Positions 9,258 to 18,380 of a stretch of DNA of 64,000 bases are shown here, piece by piece. Position 1 is the stretch's first letter; every line of letters begins with the position of its first letter. The DNA lies in contig CAYPEN010000001.1 in NCBI GenBank assembly GCA_964409875.1, positions 70,362 to 134,361 on the forward strand, written 5' to 3'. Position numbers and translations under genes: made by a program. A model generated the notes under the pieces. That model saw only the letters and a list, made by a program, of their open reading frames with translations, was not told the DNA's origin and did no database searches. The stretch comes from an uncultured Gammaproteobacteria bacterium. Its GTDB lineage: Bacteria > Patescibacteriota > Microgenomatia > Levybacterales > GWA1-39-11.

Positions 9258-9806
9258 ATGCAAGAGTATTCTCAAATCGTGACTTGGATTTTTTCAAGTT
9301 TCACTGTATTAGGACAAATAAGCACTGTCTTTTTGGGTATATTATTGGCGGTACGTATATTCCAGCCAAAGGATAAGACATCCAAAAAAATTGCGTCACT
9401 TATATCCAACAATTATATAGTTCTCATTTTTTTGATAACGGCCGCGGCATCTGCAGGAAGCCTTTTTCTTTCCGATATCATGAATTATCTTCCTTGTAAA
9501 TTATGTTGGTATCAAAGAATTTTTATTTATCCTCAAGTTATTATTTCAGGAGTGGCCTTATTTACCGCTGATACATCGGTGAGAAAATATCTACTTCCGT
9601 TGTCGATAGTGGGAGCTTTGATCGCGGTTTATCACATTTTGCTACAAATATATCCGAGTGTTTTGCAATGTGGGGATGAGACTGTGAGTTGCAGCACCAA
9701 CCAATTCGTGGGATTTGGCTATATTACAATTCCCGTTATGTCCCTGACGGCATTTATTATTTTGATATTCATTAATCTTATGAAGGATAGAGAAGATAAA
9801 AATTAA
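9258..9806 (+). CDS. DsbB/BdbC-like disulfide bond formation protein
   Basis: 182 aa, 4 TM. Loop Cys pairs (LPCKLCWYQR; CGDETVSC). Directly downstream of the DsbA-like gene. Confidence 0.6.
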   Translation: MQEYSQIVTWIFSSFTVLGQISTVFLGILLAVRIFQPKDKTSKKIASLISNNYIVLIFLITAAASAGSLFLSDIMNYLPCKLCWYQRIFIYPQVIISGVALFTADTSVRKYLLPLSIVGALIAVYHILLQIYPSVLQCGDETVSCSTNQFVGFGYITIPVMSLTAFIILIFINLMKDREDKN

Positions 9807-9812
9807 AAGCGT

Positions 9813-10529
9813 TTATTTTCCCTGAGCACTTACATTAGTTGTAGAAAGAGGCACTATGTGATTTAATGCGCCATTTGGTAAGTGTTGCGTTGAATCTTTA
9901 GGTTTAACCACGTCCACACCGTCAAGTTTTGCATAATCGATTTGAATTTCTCCGTTACCTTTTAGAGTAATATTGTCTGAGGTTTGTTGGCTAACACTGA
10001 CGTATACATCAATTTTCTTTCCATCTTTAAGTGCTTGGAATTTAAGCCAACGGTTACCGTTCTCCGAGTGCCCACCATTCGGGTTTTGGGCTTCAACAAA
10101 ATATGGCCTTTCGATTGTAAAACCGTCTTTGTCTGATAAATCCATATAGTCTTCGTAAGTTTTGTTATCGGAAGAATCAAATCGGGTGGTGATAAGCTTA
10201 ATATTTTTCCAATCAACAATGTCACTCGATGTATTCGGTTCTGTTCTACCGTTAAGACCCTGAATCCTCACATCAACAGTACCATCAAAAATTTCTTTTG
10301 GGGTAGTGAACTCACTTGAAGTTCCGGGAAGGATGGACTCGATAGGACGTGTAATTGCCTCTGCTACATTTCCTGGGGCATGAACAACCGTATCTGCATT
10401 TCCTGTAACAGCAGCCAGGATGCTTGCACCGGCGGTGACAGCAGAAGCGCCCAACGCGATTTTTTGTTTCGTTGTTGCTCCTTCTACTTGCGGTCCACCT
10501 ACTGTGAGTTCTGCCGAGTCTTCGCTCAT
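9813..10529 (-). CDS. hypothetical secreted protein
   Basis: 238 aa. Ala/Thr-rich N-terminal signal-anchor-like region. No motif recognised. Confidence 0.45.
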   Translation of the reverse strand: MSEDSAELTVGGPQVEGATTKQKIALGASAVTAGASILAAVTGNADTVVHAPGNVAEAITRPIESILPGTSSEFTTPKEIFDGTVDVRIQGLNGRTEPNTSSDIVDWKNIKLITTRFDSSDNKTYEDYMDLSDKDGFTIERPYFVEAQNPNGGHSENGNRWLKFQALKDGKKIDVYVSVSQQTSDNITLKGNGEIQIDYAKLDGVDVVKPKDSTQHLPNGALNHIVPLSTTNVSAQGK

Positions 10530-10587
10530 AGGCCCATTATGTAGTTTTTAGACTTTTCTGTCAATACTTTTGGTAGTATCAACATAA

Positions 10588-11040
10588 ATGAAGTATAATT
10601 TTGGTATGAACCAGGAATTGGAACTTATTGTCAGAGCACTTATCATCAAAAACAGAAAAATTTTAGTGTGCCAGACCACTGGCCGCGGTTATTATTTTCT
10701 TCCCGGTGGCCATGTAGAATTCGGGGAAACCATGCAGGAAGCATTGAGGAGGGAGTTGGATGAAGAGTTGGAAGCTAAAGTAGTCAGGTCACAATTCATT
10801 GGAGGTTTTGAGAATCTTTTTGAACAAGATGGACAAAAAAAACACGAAGTTAGTTTTATTTTCCAGGTAGATATCGACATCACGGACATTGTTTCCCGTG
10901 AAGAACATATTTCTTTCTATTGGTTCACAATGGATGAATTTGTTAATGAGAATATCGCTCCCCCTGCGTTAAAGGATGCAATTGTCGCATGGACTGCGGA
11001 GAAGGAGATATTTTTTGTTGAAGAAAAGAAAGGCCATTGA
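10588..11040 (+). CDS. NUDIX hydrolase
   Basis: 150 aa. Nudix box GGHVEFGETMQEALRRELDEELE. Confidence 0.8.
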   Translation: MKYNFGMNQELELIVRALIIKNRKILVCQTTGRGYYFLPGGHVEFGETMQEALRRELDEELEAKVVRSQFIGGFENLFEQDGQKKHEVSFIFQVDIDITDIVSREEHISFYWFTMDEFVNENIAPPALKDAIVAWTAEKEIFFVEEKKGH

Positions 11041-11804
11041 GAGCTATGGCAGTCCCTCCAAAATCCCATCATCATAAGAAAAGAAGAAATCAGATTATTA
11101 AGTTCTTGATAATAAGAACCATCGGGAATTTCCTTGTCCTCTTTACTATTTTTGGAGTTGCGGCAACATTCGGTCCGGCGCTATATTTTGAGGCCAGATA
11201 CGAAGCGGCAAAAATACTAAAAGTAAGTTATAAAGTGGCAGAGATACAAACCGTTTCGCAAGGACCTTCGGAGCTTGGAAAAATCATTCAACGAGAACAA
11301 ATACCAAAAACTCAACCCAATCTTTTTGATTCGGTTTTAAGCGGACAGAGGGAGGAAATTCTCTATCCCCAGGACCCCATGTTTTCGGTTGTTATCCCAA
11401 AAATCGGAGCCAATGAAAAAATCATTCCAAATGTTGACCCCGATAATGAGAAAGAATATCTTGGCGTTTTGTTGCACAATATCGCGCATGCAAAAGGCAC
11501 AGCATTTCCGGGAGTCAATGGAACAACATATCTTTTCGCCCACAGTACGGATGATTTTTGGAATGTAGGACGGTATAATGCTGTTTTTTATCTTCTGAAT
11601 AAAATGGAAAAGGGCGATGAAGTTGTGTTGTTCTTCAATAACAAAAGATACAACTACATTGTAAATGATACGAAAATTGTCGACCCTAACGATACCCACT
11701 TTATAACAGCCAATTTAGGACAGGGGGAGAGGGTTATACTTCAAACGTGTTGGCCGCCGGGAACAGCGTGGAAGAGGCTTCTAGTTTTTGCAGTACCCAA
11801 ATAG
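11037..11804 (+). CDS. sortase family transpeptidase (putative)
   Basis: 255 aa. N-terminal TM. Conserved His region (YLFAHST) and VILQTCWP matching the TLxTC catalytic Cys motif. Confidence 0.5.
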   Translation: MRAMAVPPKSHHHKKRRNQIIKFLIIRTIGNFLVLFTIFGVAATFGPALYFEARYEAAKILKVSYKVAEIQTVSQGPSELGKIIQREQIPKTQPNLFDSVLSGQREEILYPQDPMFSVVIPKIGANEKIIPNVDPDNEKEYLGVLLHNIAHAKGTAFPGVNGTTYLFAHSTDDFWNVGRYNAVFYLLNKMEKGDEVVLFFNNKRYNYIVNDTKIVDPNDTHFITANLGQGERVILQTCWPPGTAWKRLLVFAVPK

Positions 11805-11852
11805 TAAAAGGTTCCCCTTGACTTTGAGCTCAATTTCAACGAAAATACAAAT

Positions 11853-12527
11853 ATGGCCGCGCACGAATTCTCTATAAAGGAAGCAATATTTTTTGGTTGG
11901 ATTACTTTCAAATCAAATTGGAAGTACATTACATTAAGTTTGCTAACTATTCTTATATTGCGACTAATTCTTTCTAGTGCTATTAATTCTATATTTGAAT
12001 CGTTGCATATGCCTGCTATTACTGCAATTCTAAACTGGATTATCGATAGTTTTATTATAATGTCGGCTATAATTATTGCCCTTAAATTTGTTGATAGGAA
12101 AAAGCCTAGATATAGGGATTTATATTTACATTATTCATTGTTTCCAAACTATATTCTAGGGTCAGTTCTTGTGTCTCTTATCATGTTTATTCCTTTAATG
12201 ATTATCAATATCGGAAATTATTTGAATATTCCTCAAGTTGGATTTACAGGATTTATACTGCTTATTTTTCCCGGTGTTTATTTGAATTTAAAATATCAGT
12301 TCACAACTTTTTTGATTATCGATAAGAAAATGCATCCAATTGATGCGTTTAAGAAAAGTGGAAAACTGACTAACGGAAAGTTAATGAAATTACTTCTTCT
12401 TGCACTGGCCCAGTTTGGTGTAATTGTAGTTGGAATACTTGCATTAATTATTGGTATTTTTGTTGCGATTCCCATAAGTTACCTGGCCGGCGCATACGTT
12501 TATCGTAAACTTTCCCCAAAAGAATAA
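11853..12527 (+). CDS. hypothetical polytopic membrane protein
   Basis: 224 aa, ~5 predicted TM helices. No motif recognised. Confidence 0.45.
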   Translation: MAAHEFSIKEAIFFGWITFKSNWKYITLSLLTILILRLILSSAINSIFESLHMPAITAILNWIIDSFIIMSAIIIALKFVDRKKPRYRDLYLHYSLFPNYILGSVLVSLIMFIPLMIINIGNYLNIPQVGFTGFILLIFPGVYLNLKYQFTTFLIIDKKMHPIDAFKKSGKLTNGKLMKLLLLALAQFGVIVVGILALIIGIFVAIPISYLAGAYVYRKLSPKE

Positions 12528-12668
12528 CTTCTTAAATTGCTATAGTTTGTCCGCTTTTTTTGTAGAACGTAATCTTGTAAGTTGTCCTCGGAGTTTATTA
12601 AATAGAAAAAGATTTGTCTTCTTGCCCGCTACTACTAGCTATTAACTAGTAGCTAATACTTTTGTTTT

Positions 12669-13151
12669 ATGACTGCCCGTGCATTATATTTATTTTTGTT
12701 TGTTATAGCGCTTAGTGTTTTCCCTTTCGTAGTCTTTAATCTTCTCATTTCAAGCACGTCACTTTTGCCGGGTGCTAAATCATTTGTCATCTCAACAGGC
12801 TCTATGGAACCGGTGTTACCGGTGGGAAGCATTATTTATACATTGAGACAACCGGAATATAAAGTAGGAGAAGTTATCGCATTTCTTAAGGACAGCGGGG
12901 TAGTATCACACAGAATTATCGGGACAACTATAGTGGGAGGGGAAAGGTATTATCTGACAAAAGGGGATGCAAATAACGTTGTAGACGAAGACCTTGTACA
13001 AAAGAACAGCGTATACGGAAAAATTGTTACATTTGTGCCAATTGTAGGTAATATTATTTTGCTTTATAAAAATCCGCTTGGAATAATCTTCGGAACCGTC
13101 TTGCCCACGCTTCTGTTCCTGGCTTCGAAAATATCACCCTATAGTTATTGA
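12669..13151 (+). CDS. signal peptidase I, SipW/archaeal-eukaryal type
   Basis: 160 aa. TM then ISTGSMEPVLPVGSIIY (GSMEP catalytic Ser box) and the HRIIG/GDAN boxes. Confidence 0.75.
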   Translation: MTARALYLFLFVIALSVFPFVVFNLLISSTSLLPGAKSFVISTGSMEPVLPVGSIIYTLRQPEYKVGEVIAFLKDSGVVSHRIIGTTIVGGERYYLTKGDANNVVDEDLVQKNSVYGKIVTFVPIVGNIILLYKNPLGIIFGTVLPTLLFLASKISPYSY

Positions 13152-13327
13152 TTATTTCTTCTTTTTGTGCTAAAATATATCGTTTTTGCTGACCTTTTGG
13201 CATTTGCGTGTCAAAAAAATAGGCATAAGCACATTAAAAAGTTGCTTGATACTAATTAGGTTGCGGCTTTCTGCTAATTTACGTTGGTGGGAAGCCGTAA
13301 CCTATACTATGCGGCAAGGAGACTCCC

Positions 13328-14170
13328 GTGACCGGCCTTCAGGCTATCACCAAGGCGCTCAAGAGTGCCACATCCCGTTGGGAGGCGGTTGAACCCGCTT
13401 TCCACGAACTGCCCGAAGGGCAGGTCGTCGTCGTCCACATCCTACACCACGGTCACCAAAACGTGGCCAAGATCGACAAGCCGGAGGACATCACCAAGTA
13501 CATGTGGGTGTTGTCACTCGGCAGGATCCGGACACTCGGGTTCTACCGTTTCGACGTGAGCACCTGGGAGCTGGTCCATGACCTGTTCGACGCAATCAAC
13601 GAGCTTCAGGAAGATGAGCCGCCGCTGTTCGAGGAACAGCTGCTGGAGCGTCTGCTCGCCGAGGCTAATGTCAGGTCTGACCTGGCGCAGCCTGTCCCCG
13701 AGGACATGGAGGAGTTCTTCCTCCACCGCGTCGGGGACGAGCAGTGCATCACCATGGCGGTGTCGGGCGGGGATTTCTCGCTCGTGCCCGAGCATCCGCT
13801 CGGACGCCTCACCGCCCCGAAGGGGACGGTAGGCATGTACTGGCCGGCCATCCAGAAGGAGCGGGAGAAAGCCCGCGCGAAGCGCGAGTTGGATTCCCAT
13901 CTCGCCGATGCCGTCAACGGCCTCATTAGATCGCTTGTCGCTGAAGACAACCATGACGAGCATGAGGCTTCCGACGATGCGCCGGGTGGGTCCTTCAGCC
14001 GGCTCTTCCGCCGCCGCAACAGAGGCTCTTCCGAGCCGGCTCCCGGTATGGGAGCCAGCGGCTTCAAAGAGAAGGATGGGCCTGCCGACGACCGTCGCGA
14101 AGGCGAGCCCTACGTGACCTCCGGCCTCGCCGGAACCCGAAAGGGTCAGGCCGCAAGCGATATCGGCTAG
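13328..14170 (+). CDS. hypothetical acidic protein (in GC-rich island)
   Basis: 280 aa. GTG start 8 nt after AAGGAG. Coding GC ~60+%. No recognisable domain. C-terminus Gly/Arg/Asp-rich. Confidence 0.5.
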   Translation: MTGLQAITKALKSATSRWEAVEPAFHELPEGQVVVVHILHHGHQNVAKIDKPEDITKYMWVLSLGRIRTLGFYRFDVSTWELVHDLFDAINELQEDEPPLFEEQLLERLLAEANVRSDLAQPVPEDMEEFFLHRVGDEQCITMAVSGGDFSLVPEHPLGRLTAPKGTVGMYWPAIQKEREKARAKRELDSHLADAVNGLIRSLVAEDNHDEHEASDDAPGGSFSRLFRRRNRGSSEPAPGMGASGFKEKDGPADDRREGEPYVTSGLAGTRKGQAASDIG

Positions 14171-14204
14171 TACGCCGAGGCACCATCAAGCAACGAACGA
14201 CCGG

Positions 14205-14250
14205 CCCCCGGCTGCAGAAACGCAGCCGGGGGTCATTTCCACCATTTTTT
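14205..14250 (+). terminator. rho-independent terminator (GC-rich hairpin + T run)
   Basis: cccccggctgc-agaaac-gcagccggggg followed by ...ccaccatttttt. Confidence 0.55.
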
Positions 14251-14477
14251 AATCCCAATTTTTTCTATTGCCCAATTGTTGTGTAAAGAGTAAAATAGCT
14301 GTTAATTTGTGCGCATCTTCCAACATAAGCACGTTGGATGTATTGTGCTCAAATGTACATTGACAAGTGACTGTGAATTTATTTGTTTTTTGCCTTTCGG
14401 CACTTTGTTTTCTATTAACTATTGTCTATTAGCTATTAGAAGGTGGAGTGCCGTAAGGCAACACGAAGGAGGATAGT

Positions 14478-14648
14478 ATGCTACAGACAACAGACCGGGT
14501 TCTCCCTGCCGCATCGGCGGAGGAGACAGACCTGGTCATCGACCACATGCTGGGTATTTTCCTGCATCGCGGGGAATGCCCCATCAACTGGGAAGGGCGA
14601 TACCGCGCCATCGAAGCCCTCAAGAAGAAGGAGCAGCGAAGCGCATGA
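14478..14648 (+). CDS. small hypothetical protein (GC-rich island)
   Basis: 56-aa ORF not in the supplied track (<60 aa). ATG 7 nt after GAAGGAGG. Confidence 0.35.
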   Translation: MLQTTDRVLPAASAEETDLVIDHMLGIFLHRGECPINWEGRYRAIEALKKKEQRSA

Positions 14649-14819
14649 CTATCGCACCTCCCAGACCACCACGCACCGGACCATTTCTCCCGTTCCTGCC
14701 AGGAACGAGAGACCCGTTCGACCCATCGCGCGACCGGCCATCACCGGGCAATCCACGGAAAGGTCCCGTGTGGCCCGCTCCGCCGGACAGCCCGACAACA
14801 CCCTCAGAGGAGGATTTGC

Positions 14820-15170
14820 ATGATGGAGACTAGGCTTGACGTTCTCAGGATACTCAAGAAGTATTCCGACGAACTGCCCGGGCCGCCACCGGCCGCATTC
14901 TTCGGGGCGATGGACCCACATCTCGGCGTTTGGACAACGCATTCGGGAGGCGACGACACCTTCGTGGTGTTCGTCAACCCAGAGGATGTTGGGAGACTCA
15001 ACGAGTCCAACAAGTACTACCTCGCCGTCCGCAACATCATCGAAGATGCCGTCGAGAGGACTAAGCTCCTTGATGCCCTTTATGGCGAGATAGACCAGCA
15101 GGTCCGTGAGAAGGCGGGCTTGCCTCCCGTCCAAAAGCCGCCGGACAGCAAGAGGAGATCCAGGACGTGA
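14820..15170 (+). CDS. hypothetical protein (GC-rich island)
   Basis: 116 aa. GAGGAGG Shine-Dalgarno 10 nt upstream. Confidence 0.45.
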   Translation: MMETRLDVLRILKKYSDELPGPPPAAFFGAMDPHLGVWTTHSGGDDTFVVFVNPEDVGRLNESNKYYLAVRNIIEDAVERTKLLDALYGEIDQQVREKAGLPPVQKPPDSKRRSRT

Positions 15171-15277
15171 CGGACGAAACGGGTAAGCACCCGAGCGTAC
15201 AGTGTTCGCACTGCCACTCCTTCATCCCGGAGAACTTCCCGCGCTGCATCATTTGCAACCGGCACCGGCCCACTTAG
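15167..15277 (+). CDS. small Cys4 zinc-ribbon-like protein (GC-rich island)
   Basis: 36-aa ORF. GTG overlaps the upstream stop (GTGA). CSHCHSF...CIICNRH has two CxxC pairs. Confidence 0.3.
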   Translation: MTDETGKHPSVQCSHCHSFIPENFPRCIICNRHRPT

Positions 15278-15394
15278 GGCCAATACACAGTCACCGACCA
15301 CGCGCCCCGGTTCTTCCGGGGCGCCCATTCCAAAAACCCCATACAACTTGAGCTTTGAGCTTATTTTTGGTACAGTTGAGTATCTTTAAATGCG

Positions 15395-16186
15395 ATGAAT
15401 AACACGGTAAAGTACCAGCGTAGGAAAATATTCATAACGATATTTGTATTAAGTTTTCTTTCACTGCTCCTCTTCTTTTATAAGAATTCACCACCGGTGC
15501 TTTTTTTTGAAGGAATAGTGCAGGAAATCTTTATGGCACCCAAGAGTTTTTTGTATGCTCTTGGGAAAAAAGATGTTGATAGAAAAATTGCAGAACTGAC
15601 AAAAAAAAATAGGGAACTCGAAGCAAAATTAGTAGACTACCAACTCATAAAACAAGACAATGAGGCACTCAAAAGTCAATTTGTTACAAGTGGGGAAACA
15701 ACGCAAAGCCTTGTTGATGCAAAAATAATCGGTTTTCAAGGGAACAGTAAAATTCCATCCCAATTCATAATAAACGTAGGAAAAAAAGAAAAAATTCAGA
15801 CCGGAATGTCTGTGATTTTCGGAAAATATCTAGTGGGCAAAGTTATTGATGTTGGACAAAATTATTCTGTTGTAATAACGCCTTTCAATGAAAAATTTAA
15901 AGTTCTGGCAAAACTGCCCGAAACAAATGCGAACGGCCTGATATTGGGACGAAGCGATTTGTTGCTTTTTGACGGCGTGGTTATTACTGATACGCTCAAA
16001 AAAGACGGAATAATAGTCACGAAAGGAGAGGTGGACAGTAAAGGAATAGGAGTAGTACCCGATCTTATCATTGGCAAAATTACATCTATTTCAAAAAACG
16101 AAACATCCCCTTTTCAGAGCGCTGAAGTAATGCCAGTTCTTGAATATCCAAAATTAATCGATGTATTTGTAATTTCTCAGATGTGA
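15395..16186 (+). CDS. mreC: rod shape-determining protein MreC
   Basis: 263 aa. N-terminal TM, coiled-coil segment (ELTKKNRELEAKLVDYQL), C-terminal beta domains. Followed by mreD and PBP2. Confidence 0.7.
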   Translation: MNNTVKYQRRKIFITIFVLSFLSLLLFFYKNSPPVLFFEGIVQEIFMAPKSFLYALGKKDVDRKIAELTKKNRELEAKLVDYQLIKQDNEALKSQFVTSGETTQSLVDAKIIGFQGNSKIPSQFIINVGKKEKIQTGMSVIFGKYLVGKVIDVGQNYSVVITPFNEKFKVLAKLPETNANGLILGRSDLLLFDGVVITDTLKKDGIIVTKGEVDSKGIGVVPDLIIGKITSISKNETSPFQSAEVMPVLEYPKLIDVFVISQM

Positions 16187-16608
16187 CAAACACAAAGCTT
16201 TTCTTGATATTACTATTGATTTGTTTTCTTGCTGTGCTTCTTGAAACTACGGTTTTTAATTTTCCATTCGTCTTTCTGTTGGCATCTATTATTCTTTTGC
16301 TGGTAAAAAGACTGCCTGGATATATTACGGCATTTATTTTGGGATTTACCATCGATTCGTTACGGGTGTCAAATTTCGGATTTACTCCGGTGTTCCTTTT
16401 TGCAACAGCAATTTTTATATTGTTATATGAGAAATTCTCCGGCTCTAAAGATATAGTAGTAGCATCGGTCATACTAGCAGCTATGGCTTTTGCATATTCT
16501 TATGTTCTTTCCTATTCCATGTATCTTCTCGTTGCTTGTATTGTGCTGATTTTATTTATAGTAACCGTATTGAATCAATTGAAAGGGAGAGGAATTATCA
16601 CGTTATGA
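16183..16608 (+). CDS. mreD: rod shape-determining protein MreD (putative)
   Basis: 141 aa, 4-5 TM. Position between mreC and PBP2. Confidence 0.5.
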   Translation: MTNTKLFLILLLICFLAVLLETTVFNFPFVFLLASIILLLVKRLPGYITAFILGFTIDSLRVSNFGFTPVFLFATAIFILLYEKFSGSKDIVVASVILAAMAFAYSYVLSYSMYLLVACIVLILFIVTVLNQLKGRGIITL

Positions 16609-18380
16609 GAAGAAAAGTTGCCATAGGACATGCATTCTCCGAACATGTGTATGAGGAGCGTATTAAGAGAAGAAGAGGATTTTCAAATTCCAACTTTCAA
16701 GGATTTTTCAGATTTGTCCCGCTTTTGATACTGTGTCTTGTTTTTGCGCTTTTAGTCATGCGGCTTTTTACTTTACAGGTAGTTCGCGCTTCATATTATT
16801 CACGGTTATCAGATGAAAATAGGATTAGGACTGTTTTGATACCAGCCCCTCGGGGAATAATTTTTGACAGGAGTGGTAACGCCCTCGTCAGAAATATTCC
16901 CGCTTTTGGAGTCCTCAAAAATAATAAAGTTGAATGGCTTGATAGGGACGAGGCGTTAAAAAGGGTAACAAAAGGAGAAGGCGTATTGGCTATAGTCAAG
17001 CGCGATTACGTTTACAAAGATATCTTTGCACATGTATTAGGATATGTGGGACAAGTAAGTTCTGATGAGTTGCTTTTGCCAGAATTTAGAGACTATGGAA
17101 TATCTGACTTTACAGGGAGGATGGGACTTGAAGAACAATATGAGAAATTTTTACATGGACAAAACGGAAAGCAATTATATGAAGTAAATGCAAAAGGAGA
17201 AAAAATTCGCCTTCTTGGAGAACAGGAGGCTCAGCAAGGAGCAGTGCTACATACAACTCTTGATGTTGATATACAAAAAACGGCGGTAAGTGCAATGAAG
17301 GATATACAGCGAGGGGCAGTAGTTGTGACCGACCCGCGCGACGGTTCTGTTTTGGCACTTTTTTCAAAACCGTCATTCGATCCAAATCTATTTACCCGTG
17401 AGTCTTCATATGAGCCGACGGGTGACTACAAAAAGAAGGAAGATATTCTTTTGGATGGAGAGAAATTTCCACTTTTGGACAGAGCCATTGCCGGGGTTTA
17501 TCCGCCCGGTTCAACTTTTAAAATTGTCACATCCCTTGCCGCATTGCAATCCAAATCGATAACGGAAGATACGGAATTTGAAGACACGGGAGTGCTGAGC
17601 GTGGGGGGAAGTAATTTCGGAACCTGGGCATATTTGGAGTACGGAAAAAAAGAAGGGCTTTTAGATGTAAGACGGGCACTTACCCGTTCGAATGATATTT
17701 TCTTTTATGATGCGGCAAGAAAAACAGGCGTTGATACTCTTTCTTCTTGGGCAAAAGAATTGGGGCTTGGTGAAAAAACGGGAATTGATTTGCCGGGCGA
17801 AGTTACAGGCATAGTCCCAAATCCGAAATGGAAAGAGAGTGAAATAGGGGAACAGTGGTATTTGGGAGACACAATTAACATGAGTATCGGACAAGGCTTT
17901 TTGGAGACAACTCCCATGCAGGTAAACCGGTACACGCAGCTTGTTGCAAACGGAGGGACTTTTTATAAGCCGCACCTTTTGCAAGGTGACGTGCAGGTAC
18001 TTAAGAAGAATTTTGTTCTTGAGAAAAACATTGGAATTGTCAGAGACGGGATGAAGGGGGCATGCGAAACGGGGGGAACCGGATATCCATTATTTAATTT
18101 CAAAGTGAAAAATGCAAAGTTAAAAATTGATGGATTGGATTATGTGAAAGATGCATCAAGCGGGGCGGATATGGTGCATGTGACAATGGGTTGCAAGACC
18201 GGAACTTCAGAAGCGCACGGATTTGAAGCAAAATCTCATGCGTGGTTTACGGTTTTTGCACCGTTTTATAATCCCGAAATTGCCATTACGGTCCTGGCAG
18301 AAAATTCCGGGCAAGGTAGTGATGTTGCTGCTCCTGTGGCACGGGACATTATGAAAGATTTCTTTGAAAGAAAAAATTAG
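16605..18380 (+). CDS. mrdA: penicillin-binding protein 2 (peptidoglycan D,D-transpeptidase MrdA)
   Basis: TM anchor. PBP dimerisation region. SxxK active site (PPGSTFKIV), SxN and KTG boxes. Start taken as ATG 16605 (MRRKVAIGHAF) rather than the track's 16536, which overlaps mreD. Confidence 0.85.
   Translation: MRRKVAIGHAFSEHVYEERIKRRRGFSNSNFQGFFRFVPLLILCLVFALLVMRLFTLQVVRASYYSRLSDENRIRTVLIPAPRGIIFDRSGNALVRNIPAFGVLKNNKVEWLDRDEALKRVTKGEGVLAIVKRDYVYKDIFAHVLGYVGQVSSDELLLPEFRDYGISDFTGRMGLEEQYEKFLHGQNGKQLYEVNAKGEKIRLLGEQEAQQGAVLHTTLDVDIQKTAVSAMKDIQRGAVVVTDPRDGSVLALFSKPSFDPNLFTRESSYEPTGDYKKKEDILLDGEKFPLLDRAIAGVYPPGSTFKIVTSLAALQSKSITEDTEFEDTGVLSVGGSNFGTWAYLEYGKKEGLLDVRRALTRSNDIFFYDAARKTGVDTLSSWAKELGLGEKTGIDLPGEVTGIVPNPKWKESEIGEQWYLGDTINMSIGQGFLETTPMQVNRYTQLVANGGTFYKPHLLQGDVQVLKKNFVLEKNIGIVRDGMKGACETGGTGYPLFNFKVKNAKLKIDGLDYVKDASSGADMVHVTMGCKTGTSEAHGFEAKSHAWFTVFAPFYNPEIAITVLAENSGQGSDVAAPVARDIMKDFFERKN

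Noticed and set aside
13514-15346. Numerous long minus-strand and overlapping ORFs in the supplied track (13514..13963, 13606..14067, 14649..15134, 15080..15346 and others)
   Set aside because: They fall within the GC-rich island, where stop codons are rare in every frame. Compared with the plus-strand ORFs they overlap, they lack start context and Shine-Dalgarno sites and are mutually overlapping. Treated as compositional artefacts.
13300-15350. GC-rich island as a simple assembly chimera
   Set aside because: Both junctions return to host-like AT-rich sequence. An AT-rich spacer with host-like motifs lies inside it, and the flanking gene order (sipW ... mreC) is otherwise normal. A chimera cannot be excluded without reads, so this is flagged in the finding.
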